This document shows positions 60,903 through 64,000 of a stretch of DNA of 64,000 nucleotides, piece by piece. Within the stretch, counting starts at the first letter, position 1. Each line of letters starts with the position of its first letter. Below the pieces are notes generated by a model, which was given only the letters and a program-made list of their open reading frames with translations, did not search any database and had not been told where the DNA came from. The stretch is from an uncultured Gammaproteobacteria bacterium (GTDB taxonomy: Bacteria; Patescibacteriota; Microgenomatia; UBA10105; UBA927): positions 20,500-84,499 of the forward strand of contig CAZQTD010000003.1 of NCBI GenBank assembly GCA_964596355.1, given 5' to 3'. Position numbers and translations under genes: made by a program.

Positions 60903-62912
60903 ATGAAGCGTTTTACCCTTCAGTCACCATTTCAGCCCACAGGCGATCAACCAGAGGCGATCGCAGCGCTTGTACGCAATATACAGTGCGGGATGAAGGA
61001 GCAGGTTCTTTTAGGAGTTACCGGAAGCGGCAAAACATTCACGATCGCCAACGTTATTCAGGCCATACAAAAACCAGTACTTGTTATATCGCATAACAAG
61101 ACGCTTGCGGCTCAATTGTATCAGGAATTCCGTGACTTTTTTCCCGATAATGCGGTATCGTACTTTGTGTCCTACTACGACTACTACCAGCCCGAGGCAT
61201 ATATCCCCCAGACTGATACGTATATAGAAAAGGAAACACAGATTAATGAAGAAATCGATAAGCTCCGGCTTGCCGCAACGGCAAATCTTATGACGCGCCG
61301 CGACACGATTATCGTTGCGTCCGTTTCATGCATCTATACGATCGGGTCGCCCAAAGAGTATAGGCGGGCGGTTCTTGAGTTGAAAAAAGGCATGAGCATC
61401 GTAAGAGAAGGGGTGTTCGACCGTCTCGTGGCTTTGCAGTACGAACGACGCACCGATGGGTTTTATCGTGGAACATTTCGCGTGCGGGGCGACACCATTG
61501 ATATTTTCCCGGCGTACGATGACGCAGGTACGCGCGTTATTATCCGGAACGGTAGCGTTGTGGATTTGATGACCATAGACGCATTGACGGGAAAAACAGT
61601 AAAACAGAGATCATCAACTGTGATTTACCCTGCTAAGCACTACATGACGGATCCGCGCACCTATGAAAGCGTATTCGCTCGTATACAAGAGGATCTGAAC
61701 GTTCAGGTCGGCAAACTTCAGCAATCAGGAAAGATTCTTGAGGCACATCGGTTGCGGCAGCGTGTCAATCATGATCTGGAAATGATTCAGGAGCTCGGGT
61801 ACGTTAATGGCATAGAAAATTACTCGCGGTACTTCGACGGAAGAAAGCCAGGCGAGCCGCCCTATACGCTATTTGATTACTATCAAGAAGCAGTTGGTAA
61901 CGGTTGGCTGCTTGTTATCGATGAGTCTCACATGACGATACCGCAAATCCGCGGCATGTATAACGCAGACCGAAGCAGAAAACAGGTGCTTGTTGATTAC
62001 GGGTTCCGCCTGCCGGCCGCACTTGACAATCGGCCCCTTCGGTTTGAAGAATTTCTGCGCAGAATGCCGCAGACAATATATGTATCAGCGACGCCCGATG
62101 AGTGGGAAACAAGCAGGGTGGCTTCAAGAACCGGGATTGTCGAGCAGTTAATACGGCCAACAAGCCTTGTTGATCCCGAGGTTTCAGTTCGACCCATAAA
62201 TGGTCAAATAGCCGATTTGACCCGCGAAATACATAAGCGGGTTGCCAAGAAGGAGCGCACATTGGTTACCACGCTTACCAAGCAAATGGCAGAGGACCTT
62301 GCGAAGTTTTTGGAGGAAAAAGGCATTAACGTCCATTACCTTCACGCCGACGTTGAGACGCTTGAACGTACGGATATCCTCGCTGATCTTCGAAGCGGCA
62401 GGTATGACGTCATCGTTGGGGTAAACCTTTTGAGAGAAGGACTCGATTTACCCGAAGTATCGCTGGTGGCTGTATTAGACGCAGACAACGAAGGCTTTCT
62501 GCGCAGTAAAACAAGTCTTATTCAAACTATGGGACGCGCAGCGCGACATAGGTCCGGCAGAGTCATCTTGTATGCGGATAGGATGACAGCGTCTATTTCC
62601 CATGCAATAGAGGAGGTCAATCGCCGTCGCGGTGTTCAGCTTGCCTACAATACAACCCATGGGATTACTCCAGCGTCCGTTAAAAAACCGATTCGTGAAC
62701 GCTTGGTTGAGAAAGCAGCCGACAATTCAGAAAAGAGAAAAACGCCGCCTGAACTTTTCGGTGTTGACGCAACGTCAATTGAGTCAATGACCCCGCAGGA
62801 CAAAAAAAAGCTCATCATTCGACTCACACAAGCAATGCGTGACGCAAGCCGCGATCTAGACTTTGAGCTTGCGGCCCGCTTGAGGGATTTCATTGCGACA
62901 CTTTCATCATAA
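60903..62912 (+). CDS. uvrB: Excinuclease ABC subunit B
   Basis: GVTGSGKT, YFVSYYDYYQPEAY, DESH, QTMGRAAR, C-terminal UVR domain. Confidence 0.98.
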   Translation: MKRFTLQSPFQPTGDQPEAIAALVRNIQCGMKEQVLLGVTGSGKTFTIANVIQAIQKPVLVISHNKTLAAQLYQEFRDFFPDNAVSYFVSYYDYYQPEAYIPQTDTYIEKETQINEEIDKLRLAATANLMTRRDTIIVASVSCIYTIGSPKEYRRAVLELKKGMSIVREGVFDRLVALQYERRTDGFYRGTFRVRGDTIDIFPAYDDAGTRVIIRNGSVVDLMTIDALTGKTVKQRSSTVIYPAKHYMTDPRTYESVFARIQEDLNVQVGKLQQSGKILEAHRLRQRVNHDLEMIQELGYVNGIENYSRYFDGRKPGEPPYTLFDYYQEAVGNGWLLVIDESHMTIPQIRGMYNADRSRKQVLVDYGFRLPAALDNRPLRFEEFLRRMPQTIYVSATPDEWETSRVASRTGIVEQLIRPTSLVDPEVSVRPINGQIADLTREIHKRVAKKERTLVTTLTKQMAEDLAKFLEEKGINVHYLHADVETLERTDILADLRSGRYDVIVGVNLLREGLDLPEVSLVAVLDADNEGFLRSKTSLIQTMGRAARHRSGRVILYADRMTASISHAIEEVNRRRGVQLAYNTTHGITPASVKKPIRERLVEKAADNSEKRKTPPELFGVDATSIESMTPQDKKKLIIRLTQAMRDASRDLDFELAARLRDFIATLSS

Positions 62913-62971
62913 TTGTCATCAGTGTATAATGACGAAGCCTCGGAACCAACCGAGGAGATTTTGCATTGCCT

Positions 62972-64000
62972 ATGGATACAATCATTATCAAAGGTGCGCG
63001 TCAGCACAATTTAAAAAATGTTAATCTAGAGCTCCCGAAGAATACGGTTATTGTCTTTACCGGACTTTCCGGCTCTGGTAAATCGTCGCTTGCGTTTGAC
63101 ACAATTTATGCAGAAGGACAACGGCGGTACGTGGAATCGCTTAGTTCTTACGCGAGACAATTTTTAGGCGTGATGGATAAACCGGACGTTGACGCAATCG
63201 AAGGGCTGTCCCCGTCAATATCAATAGATCAAAAGTCAGCGTCTCATAACCCAAGGTCGACGGTTGGAACCGTGACGGAAATATACGACTATCTTCGTCT
63301 GCTGTTTGCCCGGATCGGCCACCCGCACTGTCCTCGGTGCGGGCGAGAGATCAGTCGGCAGAGCCCCCAACAGATTGTTTCCCAGATAATTAACCTTGCA
63401 AGCGACCGTCTGAAGCATAAATCGAGTAAGCACGTTCGCTTTGCGCTGCTTTCGCCTGTTGTGCGCGACCGAAAGGGAGAATTTACGGGGCTTTTTGACA
63501 ACCTGCGTGCTAAGGGTTACCGTCAAGTGCGCGTTGACGGCCGTTTTTTTGATATTGATGACGATATCGTGCTGATAAAAACAAACAGACACACGATAGA
63601 CGTTGTCATCGATAAAATGAGCCTTGATGTTCGAAGTGTGAAGCTAGTCAACCATAGGGGTGAACACGAAGCTACATCTCGTGACACGGTGGCCGCCAGT
63701 ATGCGAAGACGAGTAGCGGACGCTGTCGAGCAGGCTCTTGCCCTTTCAGACGGTCTTGTCACGGTAGCGGAAATTAAAGATAGCGGATTTGCTATACCTG
63801 ATAAGCCAACTCATGTCGAGGATCACGTCTTTTCTGAAAAGTTTTCCTGCCCTGTCTGTAATATATCGCTGCCGGAGATAGAACCACGGAGTTTTTCATT
63901 TAATTCGCCGCACGGCGCATGTCCAGGCTGCAGTGGTTTGGGAACAATTTTAAGCGTTGACGAACATTTGGTTCTTCGCGAAGAATTATCAATACGCGAG
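62972..64000 (+). CDS. uvrA: Excinuclease ABC subunit A (5' part, runs off the window)
   Basis: Translated manually (absent from the ORF track): [58 protein letters not shown]. Confidence 0.96.
   Translation, partial: MDTIIIKGARQHNLKNVNLELPKNTVIVFTGLSGSGKSSLAFDTIYAEGQRRYVESLSSYARQFLGVMDKPDVDAIEGLSPSISIDQKSASHNPRSTVGTVTEIYDYLRLLFARIGHPHCPRCGREISRQSPQQIVSQIINLASDRLKHKSSKHVRFALLSPVVRDRKGEFTGLFDNLRAKGYRQVRVDGRFFDIDDDIVLIKTNRHTIDVVIDKMSLDVRSVKLVNHRGEHEATSRDTVAASMRRRVADAVEQALALSDGLVTVAEIKDSGFAIPDKPTHVEDHVFSEKFSCPVCNISLPEIEPRSFSFNSPHGACPGCSGLGTILSVDEHLVLREELSIRE

Noticed and set aside
60169-60906. 245-aa plus-strand ORF over lexA
   Set aside because: Antisense to an intact lexA and runs through its promoter; no motifs
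62938-62955. Hairpin CCTCGG-AACCAA-CCGAGG upstream of uvrA as a second ANTAR site
   Set aside because: Hexaloop lacks G4, and there is no partner hairpin or overlapping terminator

Overview
A gene-dense 64 kb bacterial chromosome segment read with the standard genetic code. Short HolA and AtpH, GatA/DinB sequence style, many near-leaderless promoters and abundant short palindromic/tandem repeats suggest a Patescibacteria (CPR) genome, most likely Microgenomates; this assignment is inference. Content in order: tRNA-Asp, polX-PHP, lemA-htpX, murT-gatD, a GAF-ANTAR regulator, glnA, gatCAB, dnaE, a full F1Fo ATP synthase operon, a CBS protein, a complete de novo pyrimidine operon (carAB-pyrB-pyrC-pyrD-pyrF-pyrE-upp-purB, then pyrG), rplS, yraN, GH125/tRNA-Lys/tandem GH130, a P-type ATPase, NAGPA-like and CofE-like genes, ppa, a topoisomerase Zn-ribbon protein, tRNA-Glu, tdk, a small ORF + dinB + rarA, holA, a gluconeogenic cluster (PMM/PGM, PGI/PMI, ppsA, eno, FBP aldolase/phosphatase, acs), dedA, lexA, uvrB and the 5' part of uvrA. 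The best candidate for a novel system is a one-component GAF-ANTAR protein with a PtsP/NifA-like GAF, directly followed by a glnA leader carrying a textbook dual-hexaloop ANTAR target whose second hairpin overlaps an intrinsic terminator. This looks like an RNA-level nitrogen switch for glutamine synthetase. Other highlights: a pyrL-like leader-peptide/UTP attenuator before carA, CAD-like split pyrimidine enzymes, a candidate direct-repeat LexA box, a twice-occurring 28-bp palindrome, and repeat families inserted in frame into conserved proteins.
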